48,785 nucleotides of DNA from Nitrosopumilaceae archaeon (GCA_035456305.1 DATIDL010000156.1:1-48785); one strand, 5' to 3'; positions 37,308 through 45,956 are shown, numbered from the stretch's first letter. Translations and numbers: made by a program. The notes: generated by a model from the sequence alone, not told the origin.

Positions 37308-37653
37308 TATCTACGTTGATGGTTCTGGAGGTTCAGAATCAGGATTTGGTTTTTTTGTCAAGGAAACCGGGGAGTCATTTTATAAAAAAGAATCAAACAT
37401 AACAAATAATCAGGCAGAATACATGGCAATTCTTGCGGTACTAAAAAAATTTACGAATTATACAGATGAAATCACCATATATAGCGATTCCAAAAACACT
37501 GTTTCTCAACTAAATCACGAATATGCAATAAATAGTCCAGAACTTAGAACGCTTGCCATGGAAGCTTGGAACCTGATAGGCAAGTATTCAAATTTAAAAA
37601 TAAAATGGATCCCACGAAAAGAAAATTTAGCTGGAAAGATGCTTGGGAGCTAA
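37297..37653 (+). CDS. rnhA: RNase HI-like protein (short form)
   Basis: YVDGSGG (Asp 1), NNQAEYMAIL (Glu), IYSDSK (Asp 2). The C-terminus KENLAGKMLGS lacks the usual N-x-x-A-D. Overlaps the upstream gene by 11 nt. Confidence 0.65.
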   Translation: MVLSIYVDGSGGSESGFGFFVKETGESFYKKESNITNNQAEYMAILAVLKKFTNYTDEITIYSDSKNTVSQLNHEYAINSPELRTLAMEAWNLIGKYSNLKIKWIPRKENLAGKMLGS

Positions 37654-37734
37654 GTCTTACATAAACGCAAAGAATTTGCACTAATCAAACGGATAGACTT
37701 ATTATACAAATCAATTTGATCTCATTTTATTAAA

Positions 37735-39840
37735 ATGGCAGAATCTGTTTTTCTTTCTCCAAAATCTATTGCAATAATCGGTGCATCAGACAAGGAAGGC
37801 AGTGTAGGACGTGCAATTACATCAAACATAATGAAGGGATACACTGGAAAAATATTCCCTATCAGTCCAACTAGAGATACAGTATTTGATAAAAAGGCGT
37901 ACAAAAGCGTCTTAGAAGTTCCAGAAGAGATTGATCTTGCGGTAGTTATAACAAAAAATGACATCGTGCCCTCTGTTCTTGAGGAATGTGGAAAGAAAAA
38001 ACTCAAGGGAGTCATTGTAATTACAGCTGGATTCAAAGAAGTAAATGAGCAGGGAGCTGCACTTGAACGAAAGCTTGGAGAAATTGCAAAACAATACAAC
38101 CTGAGAATAATTGGCCCAAATTGCCTTGGTGTGATGAACCTTGCACCAGAAACAATGATGAACTCAACATTTCTCAAAGTTACTCCAAAATCAGGTGGCA
38201 TTGCACTTGTTTCGCAAAGTGGAGCCATTTGTGCTGCACTAGTTGAGGATGCAAGCGCTCAGGGAATCGGATTTTCTGCAGTAATAAGTATGGGAAATAA
38301 AGTCGACATGAACGAAGTCGATATACTACAGATGCTTGCAGAACATGGTCAAACCAAAGTCATTGTGATGTATCTTGAGGATCTAGGAAAAGGCCCAGAA
38401 TTTCTTAAAATCTGTAAACAAATCACGCGTCTTAATCCAATAAAAAAACCAATACTTGTTTTAAAATCTGGCAGAAGCCCAGAGGGTGCAAAAGCTGCCA
38501 TGTCACACACTGGAGCACTGATGGGCTCTGACGAAATCTATGATGCATTGCTAAAACAATCAGGCGCAATCAGAGTAGATACAATGGAAGAGCTATTCGA
38601 TTATGCAACAGCATTCTCTAAACAACCACTGCCAACAAAAGGAGATCTGGTCATAGTTTCCAACGCCGGAGGACCTGCCATAATATCAACTGATGCCTGT
38701 TCCAAGCTTGGAATAAAGATGGCAAAGATTGAGGAAATCAGACCAAAAATAAACGCAGTAATTCCACCGTGGGGTTCATCAAGAAACCCTGTTGATATAG
38801 TTGGAGATGCAGATTTCAATAGATTCAACAATGTGTTAAATGAAGTTCTTGCACATCCAAACGTTGGTTCAGTTATTGCAATGTGTACTCCGTCTGCAAC
38901 CTTGGATTACAATAAACTTGCAGAAGTAATAGTCGATGTATCAAAAAAATACAACAAGACAATGTTTGCAAGTTTAATGGGTCTGGATGAAGGCATAAAA
39001 AATAAAGAAATACTTGCACAAGGAGGCATCCCACACTACAACTACGCAGAGACTGCAATACGTTCTCTTAAAGCAATGCTGCGGTTTACAGAGTGGTCTC
39101 AAGCCACAGAAGGTACAGTTCGTAAATTTGCTGTAAATAAGAAGAAAGTTGAAAAAGTGTTTGCCCAAGTCAAATCGGAAGGAAGGAAAAATCTTCTTGA
39201 AGAAGAAGGGCAAGAGGTCTTGCGAGCATACGGATTTCCTGTTCCAAAAAGCATACTTGCAGCAAAAAACAGTGAAGCTGTAAGCGCTGCAAAAAAGATT
39301 GGTTTTCCAGTAGTAATGAAGATTGCATCTCCTCAAATCATCCACAAGTCTGATGCGGGTGGAGTAAAGGTTGGACTAAAAAATCCAAAAGAAGTAAAAA
39401 CTGCATTTAAGGAAATAATAAAAAATGCAAAAAGATACGACAAAAAGGCAATCATCAAAGGCGTTTTAGTACAAGAGATGGTTAAGGGTGGAAAAGAAAC
39501 CATAATCGGTTCAAAACAAGAACCAGGATTTGGTCCTGTTGTGATGTTTGGTATGGGAGGAATTTATGTTGAAGTTCTAAAAGATGTAACATTCAGACTT
39601 GCGCCAGTTACTGATAAAGAAGCAGACGAAATGATTTCTTCTATTAAAACAAACAAGTTGTTGCAAGGAGTACGTGGCGAAAAACCATCTGACATAAACA
39701 AGTTATCTGAATGCATACAACGACTTTCGCAACTGGTAACTGATTTTACAGAAATAAAAGAACTTGACATGAATCCAGTATTGGTTTTTGAAAAGGGCAA
39801 AGGCTGTAAAGCTGTTGATGTAAGAATCGGTCTTACCTGA
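37735..39840 (+). CDS. ADP-forming acyl-CoA synthetase (fused alpha+beta, NDP-forming family); likely 4-hydroxybutyrate-CoA ligase by context
   Basis: CoA-binding IAIIGASDKEGSVG, phosphohistidine loop AAMSHTGALMGSDE, and a C-terminal ATP-grasp domain (FPVVMKIASPQIIHKSDAGGVKVGL). 701 aa. Confidence 0.9.
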   Translation: MAESVFLSPKSIAIIGASDKEGSVGRAITSNIMKGYTGKIFPISPTRDTVFDKKAYKSVLEVPEEIDLAVVITKNDIVPSVLEECGKKKLKGVIVITAGFKEVNEQGAALERKLGEIAKQYNLRIIGPNCLGVMNLAPETMMNSTFLKVTPKSGGIALVSQSGAICAALVEDASAQGIGFSAVISMGNKVDMNEVDILQMLAEHGQTKVIVMYLEDLGKGPEFLKICKQITRLNPIKKPILVLKSGRSPEGAKAAMSHTGALMGSDEIYDALLKQSGAIRVDTMEELFDYATAFSKQPLPTKGDLVIVSNAGGPAIISTDACSKLGIKMAKIEEIRPKINAVIPPWGSSRNPVDIVGDADFNRFNNVLNEVLAHPNVGSVIAMCTPSATLDYNKLAEVIVDVSKKYNKTMFASLMGLDEGIKNKEILAQGGIPHYNYAETAIRSLKAMLRFTEWSQATEGTVRKFAVNKKKVEKVFAQVKSEGRKNLLEEEGQEVLRAYGFPVPKSILAAKNSEAVSAAKKIGFPVVMKIASPQIIHKSDAGGVKVGLKNPKEVKTAFKEIIKNAKRYDKKAIIKGVLVQEMVKGGKETIIGSKQEPGFGPVVMFGMGGIYVEVLKDVTFRLAPVTDKEADEMISSIKTNKLLQGVRGEKPSDINKLSECIQRLSQLVTDFTEIKELDMNPVLVFEKGKGCKAVDVRIGLT

Positions 39841-39877
39841 TCATAGTGTAATTTTGATGCCAAATAGGATGCCTAAG

Positions 39878-39887
39878 ATTTTATATT
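39878..39887 (+). promoter_or_regulatory. TATA-like box ATTTTATATT upstream of the dehydratase gene
   Basis: Its centre is about 27 nt upstream of the ATG at 39910. It is preceded by two GATGCC direct repeats (39856-61 and 39868-73). Confidence 0.35.
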
Positions 39888-39909
39888 GCTTTGAAGAAGT
39901 AAAAGATGC

Positions 39910-41436
39910 ATGCCAATTAGGACTGGTGCTGAATACATAGAAAGCCTAAGAGGAAGAAAACTGAAAGTCTATCTTTTTGGTGAACGTGTTAAAGAACCAG
40001 TAGATCACCCAATTATAAGACCCTCCATTAACGCAGTTGCAGAGACTTATGATTTAGCTGTACGAGAAGAAGAACTTGCTACTGTCAAATCTTCTCTAAG
40101 TGGACAAAAGATTAACAGATTTTTGCATATTGCAGAAAGTGCTGAAGATCTAGTGAATCAAAACAAAATGCAAAGGAAATTGGGACAAAATACTGGAACC
40201 TGTTTCCAAAGATGTGTTGGTATGGACGCGTTAAACTCACTTCATTCTGTTACTTTTGAGATTGACGAGAAACACAAGACTAGTTATCATAAAAGACTGA
40301 TTGATTTTATAAAAATGGTACAAACTGAAAATCTCGTAATTGGTGGAGCAATGACTGATCCAAAAGGGGATCGAAGTAAAGCTCCTCATGAACAAGAAGA
40401 TCCAGACATGTTTGTTCGAGTGGTAGAAAAAAATGACAAGGGAATTGTAATCAAAGGAGCAAAGGCACACCAGACTGGTTGTATAAACTCACACTGGATT
40501 ATAGTGATGCCAACAATGCGATTGCAAGAAAATGACACTGATTATGCAGTTGTGGGTGCTGTAAGAGCTGATGATCCTGGAATCACATACATCTATGGCA
40601 GACAGTCATGTGACACAAGAAGTATGGAAGAAGGTGATCTAGATTCTGGTAATTCGAAATTCTCAGGACAGGAAGCTATGATAATTTTTGATGATGTTTT
40701 CATTCCATGGGAACGAGTCTTCATGAATGGCGAATATGAATTTGCGTCTATGCTCGTTGAGAGATTTACTTGCTATCACAGAAGAAGCTATGTATGTAAA
40801 ACAGGATTAGGTGATGTATTGATTGGTGCTGCTGCTTCAATAGCAGACTATAACGGCATACCAGGCGTATCTCACATCAAAGATAAACTAGTAGAAATGA
40901 CTCATCTAAATGAGAGCATATATGCAGCAGGAATAGCCTCTTCATATCAAGCATACAAAACAAAATCTGGCGTATGGATAAATGATGACATGCTTGCAAA
41001 TGTGTGTAAACACAATGTTACAAGATTTCCATATGAGATTGGTAGATTGGCTCAAGATATTGCAGGGGGATTATTAGTTACGCTTCCATCCGAAAAAGAT
41101 TTTAGAAATCCAGAAACTGGCCCAATCCTCAAAAAATACCTAAAAGGACGCAAAGGTGTAGATGTTGAAAATAGAATGAGAATTTTGAGATTGATTGAAA
41201 ACATGACAATGGGTAGAAATGCAGTAGGATATCTTACAGAATCAATGCATGGTGCTGGTTCTCCTCAAGCTCAGAGAATAAACATTGCACGCCTAATGCA
41301 GCTTGGTTACAAAAAGAAGCTGGCCAAAAATCTGGCAAATGTAAAAGAAGAACCTGATCTTACTCCTGAACAAGCTGAATATTTTGAGCGAGTATTCAAA
41401 ATAAGTAAAAGCGTTGCTGGTGTAAAGAACAACTAA
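39910..41436 (+). CDS. 4-hydroxybutyryl-CoA dehydratase (4-hydroxyphenylacetate hydroxylase-fold, Fe-S/FAD enzyme)
   Basis: MPIRTGAEYIESLRGRKLKVYLFGERV N-terminus. Candidate cluster ligands are CFQRC and CYHRRSYVC. 508 aa. Adjacent to the ADP-forming ligase. Confidence 0.88.
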   Translation: MPIRTGAEYIESLRGRKLKVYLFGERVKEPVDHPIIRPSINAVAETYDLAVREEELATVKSSLSGQKINRFLHIAESAEDLVNQNKMQRKLGQNTGTCFQRCVGMDALNSLHSVTFEIDEKHKTSYHKRLIDFIKMVQTENLVIGGAMTDPKGDRSKAPHEQEDPDMFVRVVEKNDKGIVIKGAKAHQTGCINSHWIIVMPTMRLQENDTDYAVVGAVRADDPGITYIYGRQSCDTRSMEEGDLDSGNSKFSGQEAMIIFDDVFIPWERVFMNGEYEFASMLVERFTCYHRRSYVCKTGLGDVLIGAAASIADYNGIPGVSHIKDKLVEMTHLNESIYAAGIASSYQAYKTKSGVWINDDMLANVCKHNVTRFPYEIGRLAQDIAGGLLVTLPSEKDFRNPETGPILKKYLKGRKGVDVENRMRILRLIENMTMGRNAVGYLTESMHGAGSPQAQRINIARLMQLGYKKKLAKNLANVKEEPDLTPEQAEYFERVFKISKSVAGVKNN

Positions 41437-41438
41437 TT

Positions 41439-42113
41439 TTATTTTTGTTCTGATTCTTTTGCTTCTGAAATTTCCTTAATGCTATCAGTTTTTGTATATT
41501 CATTGTCTTGTACATGTTCAATCTCGGCCGATGTTATACCCGGACTTGGTGTGTTATAGTCATCTGTAGGAGGCTGGTCCTTGGGTGATTCATCTGATGG
41601 GTTGTCTGAACGGCCTTTGTGTTTTCCATATTGTTTGAGGATCATGATTCCGACAATGACCGCAATTATGATGTAGTTTATGGGGGGAGTTAGAATTCTT
41701 GTAACATATCCTATCTGTGGGACTACATACGCAACCTTGCCTATGTATTCCTCTTCTGTTATTGGAAAGTCTGTTCCTGGTATTGAAGCTGGATTGGCGT
41801 CACCTTTTGTTCTGATGACACGAGGATCTTCATCAAGAATCTCAGCTACTCTGTGTACTATTACTCTGTCGTGGCCAGACGGTCTGTCAAAAACTATAAT
41901 GTCACCTTTTTTGAGCTCCTTGAAAGGATCATTTCCCTGTACAACAAGAACATCAAACACATTGAGATTTGGTTCCATACTTCCGCTTGAAACAACGTAA
42001 AATGGGTTATCGGTTCCAAAGACAATTCGTAATCCAAACCAAATGATCGCAACACCGATAACAACTATTATGATGTCTTTTGTAATTGAAGACATTCCAG
42101 AATGTTTGGTCAA
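41439..42113 (-). CDS. signal peptidase I (archaeal/eukaryal S26B type)
   Basis: An N-terminal anchor followed by VVSSGSMEPNL (catalytic Ser), GDIIVFDRP and VHRV. Acidic C-terminal tail. Confidence 0.85.
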   Translation of the reverse strand: MTKHSGMSSITKDIIIVVIGVAIIWFGLRIVFGTDNPFYVVSSGSMEPNLNVFDVLVVQGNDPFKELKKGDIIVFDRPSGHDRVIVHRVAEILDEDPRVIRTKGDANPASIPGTDFPITEEEYIGKVAYVVPQIGYVTRILTPPINYIIIAVIVGIMILKQYGKHKGRSDNPSDESPKDQPPTDDYNTPSPGITSAEIEHVQDNEYTKTDSIKEISEAKESEQK

Positions 42114-42164
42114 ATTATACTTTATCCTGTAAATGTTGGAAAATAAATCTTGACATCTTTCATT

Positions 42165-42902
42165 CTACTTTAATTTTTTACCGCAACTTTCACAGAATTT
42201 TGCATCTGGCTTGTTTTCAAAACCGCATCCGTTACATTTTGAGCTTGTATCAGAAACCTGATTTCCTAAGAGAACTATTTCTCCAATTTTCCTTATTTCT
42301 TCCCACTTTACCATGATATCACTGCCGTCATTTTTTGTAACAACCAAAACTATTCCAGACTGACCAGACTGAAGCCCGATTTGTTTTACTGTGCCAACCT
42401 TTCGTGCGTCTGAATCATAAACTGCTATACCTGTTATAGAATTAAAAGTTGTAACCTCCGGTGGCGCTTCTTGCTGTGAATACGTATGTTGTGGTTGCAT
42501 GTAATCTGATGCAGGCGAAGATTCAACTAGAATCTGTGTTGCAAGTGATTGGGGTTTGGCTAGCCCTACGTCGGCAGACTCGTTTGGTTTACTAAAAGTT
42601 CTAAATTCTGCAAGAACAGAACCGCAGTTTGTACAGACGTATTGTCCCTTTTCTACAAGCATTAGGTTTTCTGCTACAAGTTCGTTTGGTGTTTCAGATT
42701 CTATCTTAGGACTGCCCTCAAAATCTTTTTCACAAGTATTGCAAAAATATTTAGAAATTCTATTAACATCAATTCTTCCAACAGGAGCCAGAAATAGATC
42801 AGGTCCGCCTAAGTTCCCTTTTCTTTGCTGTTCGTCAGTAACTGATGCCATGATGTATCCACCAGAACCTCTGAGCTTTTTCAGTCGCAGCTCTGAACTC
42901 AT
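42165..42902 (-). CDS. zinc-ribbon / PRC-barrel protein
   Basis: N-terminal CNTC...CTNC ribbon, a central PRC-barrel-like segment (VYDSDARKVGTVKQIGL...VKWEEIRKIGEIVLLG), and a C-terminal CNGCGFENKPDAKFCESCGKKL ribbon. Confidence 0.6.
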   Translation of the reverse strand: MSSELRLKKLRGSGGYIMASVTDEQQRKGNLGGPDLFLAPVGRIDVNRISKYFCNTCEKDFEGSPKIESETPNELVAENLMLVEKGQYVCTNCGSVLAEFRTFSKPNESADVGLAKPQSLATQILVESSPASDYMQPQHTYSQQEAPPEVTTFNSITGIAVYDSDARKVGTVKQIGLQSGQSGIVLVVTKNDGSDIMVKWEEIRKIGEIVLLGNQVSDTSSKCNGCGFENKPDAKFCESCGKKLK

Positions 42903-43093
42903 AATTTAGGTGTATAAAAAAAGTCATTTAAGTATGTATTCAGTTGCTAAATATTGCAAAAAATCTCTTTTAGATAATCTATCTGATGACTAAACATTAT
43001 ATAATTTGTAATAACCAGATGATTTTTTTGAATATTTTGGAAAGGGTTATTAGAGGTAAAAACTGAGTTAAAACATCGAAAATAATGACGGAA

Positions 43094-43123
43094 TAAGCAA
43101 TGAGCTTTCTCTGTCATTGCTTA
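43094..43123 (+). promoter_or_regulatory. 10-bp perfect hairpin in the presumed 5' leader of the DEAD-box helicase gene
   Basis: TAAGCAATGA (43094-103) pairs with TCATTGCTTA (43114-123) around a 10-nt loop. It ends 17 nt before the TTG start. Confidence 0.4.
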
Positions 43124-43139
43124 AGAAAGATGAAAGAAA

Positions 43140-44438
43140 TTGACAAAATTTGAAGAATTAGGGATTAAAAAATCCATATTGGACGGATTAAAGGAAATTA
43201 ACTTCCAAGACACATTTCCAATACAAGCTGCTGCAATACCAGTTATACTTTCAGGGCAAGATGTTATCGGGCAAGCCCATACTGGAACAGGAAAAACTGC
43301 AGCGTTTTCATTACCAATACTGCAAAATATTGTTCCAAAGGGAGGAATACAAGCAGTAATACTTGCACCCACAAGAGAACTCGCAGTACAGATTTCAGGA
43401 GAGATTAGTAAATTTGCCAAATATACTGGAATAAGAAATGTAACTATCTATGGAGGACAAAGCATTAACAATCAATTCCGAGATCTTGATAGAGGCGTAG
43501 AAATTGTTGTAGCGACTCCAGGACGATTAATTGATCACCTGAAACGTGGTTCCATTGAATTAAACGATGTAAAGTATGTTGTACTTGATGAAGCGGATAC
43601 CATGCTTGACATGGGATTCATTGATGACATAAAATTCATCTTAGACTTGGCTCCTGATGAAAGATCAACCTCGCTCTTTTCTGCAACAATGCCGGCTGAG
43701 ATTCTCCGACTTGCGGAGAAATACATGAGAAATCCACAACAAATTTTCATTGATGCAGATGACCTTAGTGGTGAAGGAATAGACCAAGCCTTCCTAGTAA
43801 TACGTGATAGGGAAAAAACAGATTTTCTATTTAAATTCATAAAAGAAAATAAGAACGGTCAAACCATCGTGTTTTGTTCAACAAAAGACAGGACAAGAAG
43901 GGTTGCCCATGAGCTTGGAAAAGAAAATTTCAACGTGGTATCAATTCATGGTGATCTTTCTCAATTTAGAAGGGATAAAGCCATGTATCTGTTCAAAAAA
44001 GGTAAAGTAGACATTCTTGTTGCAACTGATGTAGCTGCAAGAGGAATTGATGTGCCTGAAGTTGCACTTGTGATAAACTATGATGTTCCAAATCAAAACA
44101 TGGTTTATTTCCATAGAATCGGAAGGACTGCTAGAGCTGGTGCAAAGGGAAGGGCAATCACACTCGTTTCTTATTCTTCTGTTGGTGACTTCCAAGCAAT
44201 TGCAAGACAAACCAAAGTGCAAATGACAGATCTAAACAAAGAACTTGGAATAACAGTTAAAATTCCGGATCCATTAAAAAGAGATCCAGGTCATAGGGGC
44301 GGTGGTCATGGATATGGAAGAAGATATGGCGATGATCGCAGATATGGTGGAGAAAGAAGATATGGTAACAGACAAAGTCATGGCGATCGAGGATCAAGTT
44401 ATAATAAAAAATACTACGGCCTAAGAAGTCGCTGGTAA
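43140..44438 (+). CDS. DEAD-box RNA helicase with C-terminal RGG/RRYG-repeat tail
   Basis: Q-motif region FPIQAAAIP, then AHTGTGKT, PTRELA, DEAD, SAT and HRIGRTARAG. Tail GRRYGDDRRYGGERRYG. TTG start. Confidence 0.93.
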   Translation: MTKFEELGIKKSILDGLKEINFQDTFPIQAAAIPVILSGQDVIGQAHTGTGKTAAFSLPILQNIVPKGGIQAVILAPTRELAVQISGEISKFAKYTGIRNVTIYGGQSINNQFRDLDRGVEIVVATPGRLIDHLKRGSIELNDVKYVVLDEADTMLDMGFIDDIKFILDLAPDERSTSLFSATMPAEILRLAEKYMRNPQQIFIDADDLSGEGIDQAFLVIRDREKTDFLFKFIKENKNGQTIVFCSTKDRTRRVAHELGKENFNVVSIHGDLSQFRRDKAMYLFKKGKVDILVATDVAARGIDVPEVALVINYDVPNQNMVYFHRIGRTARAGAKGRAITLVSYSSVGDFQAIARQTKVQMTDLNKELGITVKIPDPLKRDPGHRGGGHGYGRRYGDDRRYGGERRYGNRQSHGDRGSSYNKKYYGLRSRW

Positions 44439-44500
44439 AATTAGCACTTTTGCACTGTCAACATATTTAGGGATGTAATAATTATTTATTTTTGATAAAA

Positions 44501-44833
44501 ATGGGAAACGCTAAAGCAGTCGACACAAAAACTTGGCAGACTGAAGTAATGCAGTCTCAACTACCAGTCTTTGTAGACTTTTGGGCAGAATGGTGTGGTC
44601 CATGTAGGATGGTTGGACCAGTAGTGGAAGAGCTTGCTGGCGAATACTCTGGCAAGGTAAGCTTTGTCAAAGTAAACGTAGATGAGAGCGGTGAACTTGC
44701 ATCAAAATACAACATATTCAGTATTCCTACACTTGCCATATTCAATAATGGTGAAATTATAGCCCAACAGGTGGGTGCCGCTTCTAAGGACTCGTACAAA
44801 AACATGATAGAAAACGCCTTAAAAAAAATCTAG
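44501..44833 (+). CDS. trxA: thioredoxin
   Basis: FWAEWCGPCRM active site. ATG at 44501 is preferred to the tracked TTG at 44492. Confidence 0.93.
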   Translation: MGNAKAVDTKTWQTEVMQSQLPVFVDFWAEWCGPCRMVGPVVEELAGEYSGKVSFVKVNVDESGELASKYNIFSIPTLAIFNNGEIIAQQVGAASKDSYKNMIENALKKI

Positions 44834-44834
44834 A

Positions 44835-44862
44835 CCTAGAACAACTAGGCCTTTAATTTTTT
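44835..44862 (+). terminator. short hairpin plus T-run after trxA
   Basis: CCTAG-aacaa-CTAGG followed by CTTTAATTTTTT. Oligo-T tracts are the usual archaeal termination signal. Confidence 0.3.
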
Positions 44863-44903
44863 CAAATCTAAAATAATTAATAACGGACCAAGGAACTTTT
44901 TGT

Positions 44904-45422
44904 ATGTCTTTTGGAGAGGTAGATACACTCAATCTTCTGTTTGATAAATTACAAAACCTGTTAAACGATTCTCAGGGATACTATGAATCATTTCTTGATG
45001 CCAACACACTTTACAAACAAGGAAAACTATCAGAAAAAGAGTTTTTTGAAAAGCTCGGGGATTATGTTGTTGCGTATTCTGCATTAGAATTTCTTGCCGT
45101 CAAAGTCATATTCGAATTAAAAAAATCAATTGATAAAATAGCTAGTGGTTCTACAGGTACAACATCAGGTTCTACAACTGTTGGAATGGGAGGATTTGGA
45201 ATGACTCCACCAGCTGGTCATATGATGGCTCAAAATGCCCCAATGCCTGGTCGCCCTCCATCTATTATCTCCGCTTCTGCATTTAATGCACCTGGTGCTT
45301 TACCAACTCCAGATCCATCTCTATTGCCGCCTAGAACTAATCTGCCAAGCTGTACATCTTGTGGTTCTGCAATTAGACCAAATTCAAAATTCTGTACTAA
45401 ATGTGGAAATAAAATACAATAA
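44904..45422 (+). CDS. hypothetical protein with Pro-rich linker and C-terminal zinc ribbon
   Basis: Helical N-terminal domain, a low-complexity G/T/S and P-rich region, and C-terminal CTSCGSAIRPNSKFCTKCGNKI. Confidence 0.6.
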   Translation: MSFGEVDTLNLLFDKLQNLLNDSQGYYESFLDANTLYKQGKLSEKEFFEKLGDYVVAYSALEFLAVKVIFELKKSIDKIASGSTGTTSGSTTVGMGGFGMTPPAGHMMAQNAPMPGRPPSIISASAFNAPGALPTPDPSLLPPRTNLPSCTSCGSAIRPNSKFCTKCGNKIQ

Positions 45423-45472
45423 CATAAATAATTTTTAATACATTTCACACAAAACGAAATCTGATTATTATG

Positions 45473-45838
45473 TCAATCTTGTGTTGCACCACACTCTGTG
45501 CAGAATTTTGCATTAGATGAAATCTTGATGCCGCATTCTGAACAGAATTTAGTATCAGAACCTGATTCTGTCTTAAGACTACCATATATTCCTCCGCTAC
45601 TTGATTTAACAGCGCCAGTTGGAACGTATTCATCATCAATTATTTGTACTGGTGCAAAATCTTTCTCCTCCACATACGCCATCATTCTGGGCATTGTTTG
45701 ACCAGGATTCTTTGGGTCTGGAATTATGTCTCCAAGCCAAAATGCAAATCTTGTCAGCGTAAGATCAGGTGTTGAAAAAGTCAACGTATGATTAGACATA
45801 TAGTCTTCTGCAGCTGCTTTTCCATTAAACACTTTCAT
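45473..45838 (-). CDS. hypothetical protein with C-terminal zinc ribbon
   Basis: C-terminal KFCSECGIKISSNAKFCTECG. ATG at 45838 is preferred because the tracked start at 45913 runs into tRNA-Ala. Confidence 0.55.
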   Translation of the reverse strand: MKVFNGKAAAEDYMSNHTLTFSTPDLTLTRFAFWLGDIIPDPKNPGQTMPRMMAYVEEKDFAPVQIIDDEYVPTGAVKSSSGGIYGSLKTESGSDTKFCSECGIKISSNAKFCTECGATQD

Positions 45839-45883
45839 GAATGCACTATTTCTGATAGCTGTATATTGTTTTTTGGTATAAAG

Positions 45884-45956
45884 TGGACCGAGGGGGATTT
45901 GAACCCCCGACATCCGCGTTGCGAACGCGGCATCACTACCACTAGACTACCGGCCC
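45884..45956 (-). tRNA. tRNA-Ala (anticodon CGC) with G3:U70
   Basis: Reverse complement: GGGCCGG TA GTCTAGTGGTAGTGAT G CCGCG TTCGCAA CGCGG ATGTC GGGGG TTCAAAT CCCCC TCGGTCC A. 73 nt. The G3:U70 alanine identity pair is present. Confidence 0.9.

Noticed and set aside
37722-38228. 168-aa ORF antisense to the 5' part of the acyl-CoA synthetase gene
   Set aside because: The plus-strand frame carries unmistakable CoA-binding-domain motifs. The antisense product is low-complexity Ser/Pro/Phe-rich, typical of a shadow ORF.
42165-42902. CdvA (cell-division PRC-barrel protein) call
   Set aside because: A PRC-barrel-like segment is present, but it is flanked by zinc ribbons. The coiled-coil and ESCRT-III-binding tail expected for CdvA are missing.
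45839-45913. N-terminal extension (MSGVQIPLGPLYTKK...) of the zinc-ribbon ORF
   Set aside because: The extension is encoded by the tRNA-Ala gene body and its flank. The internal ATG at 45838 avoids the overlap.
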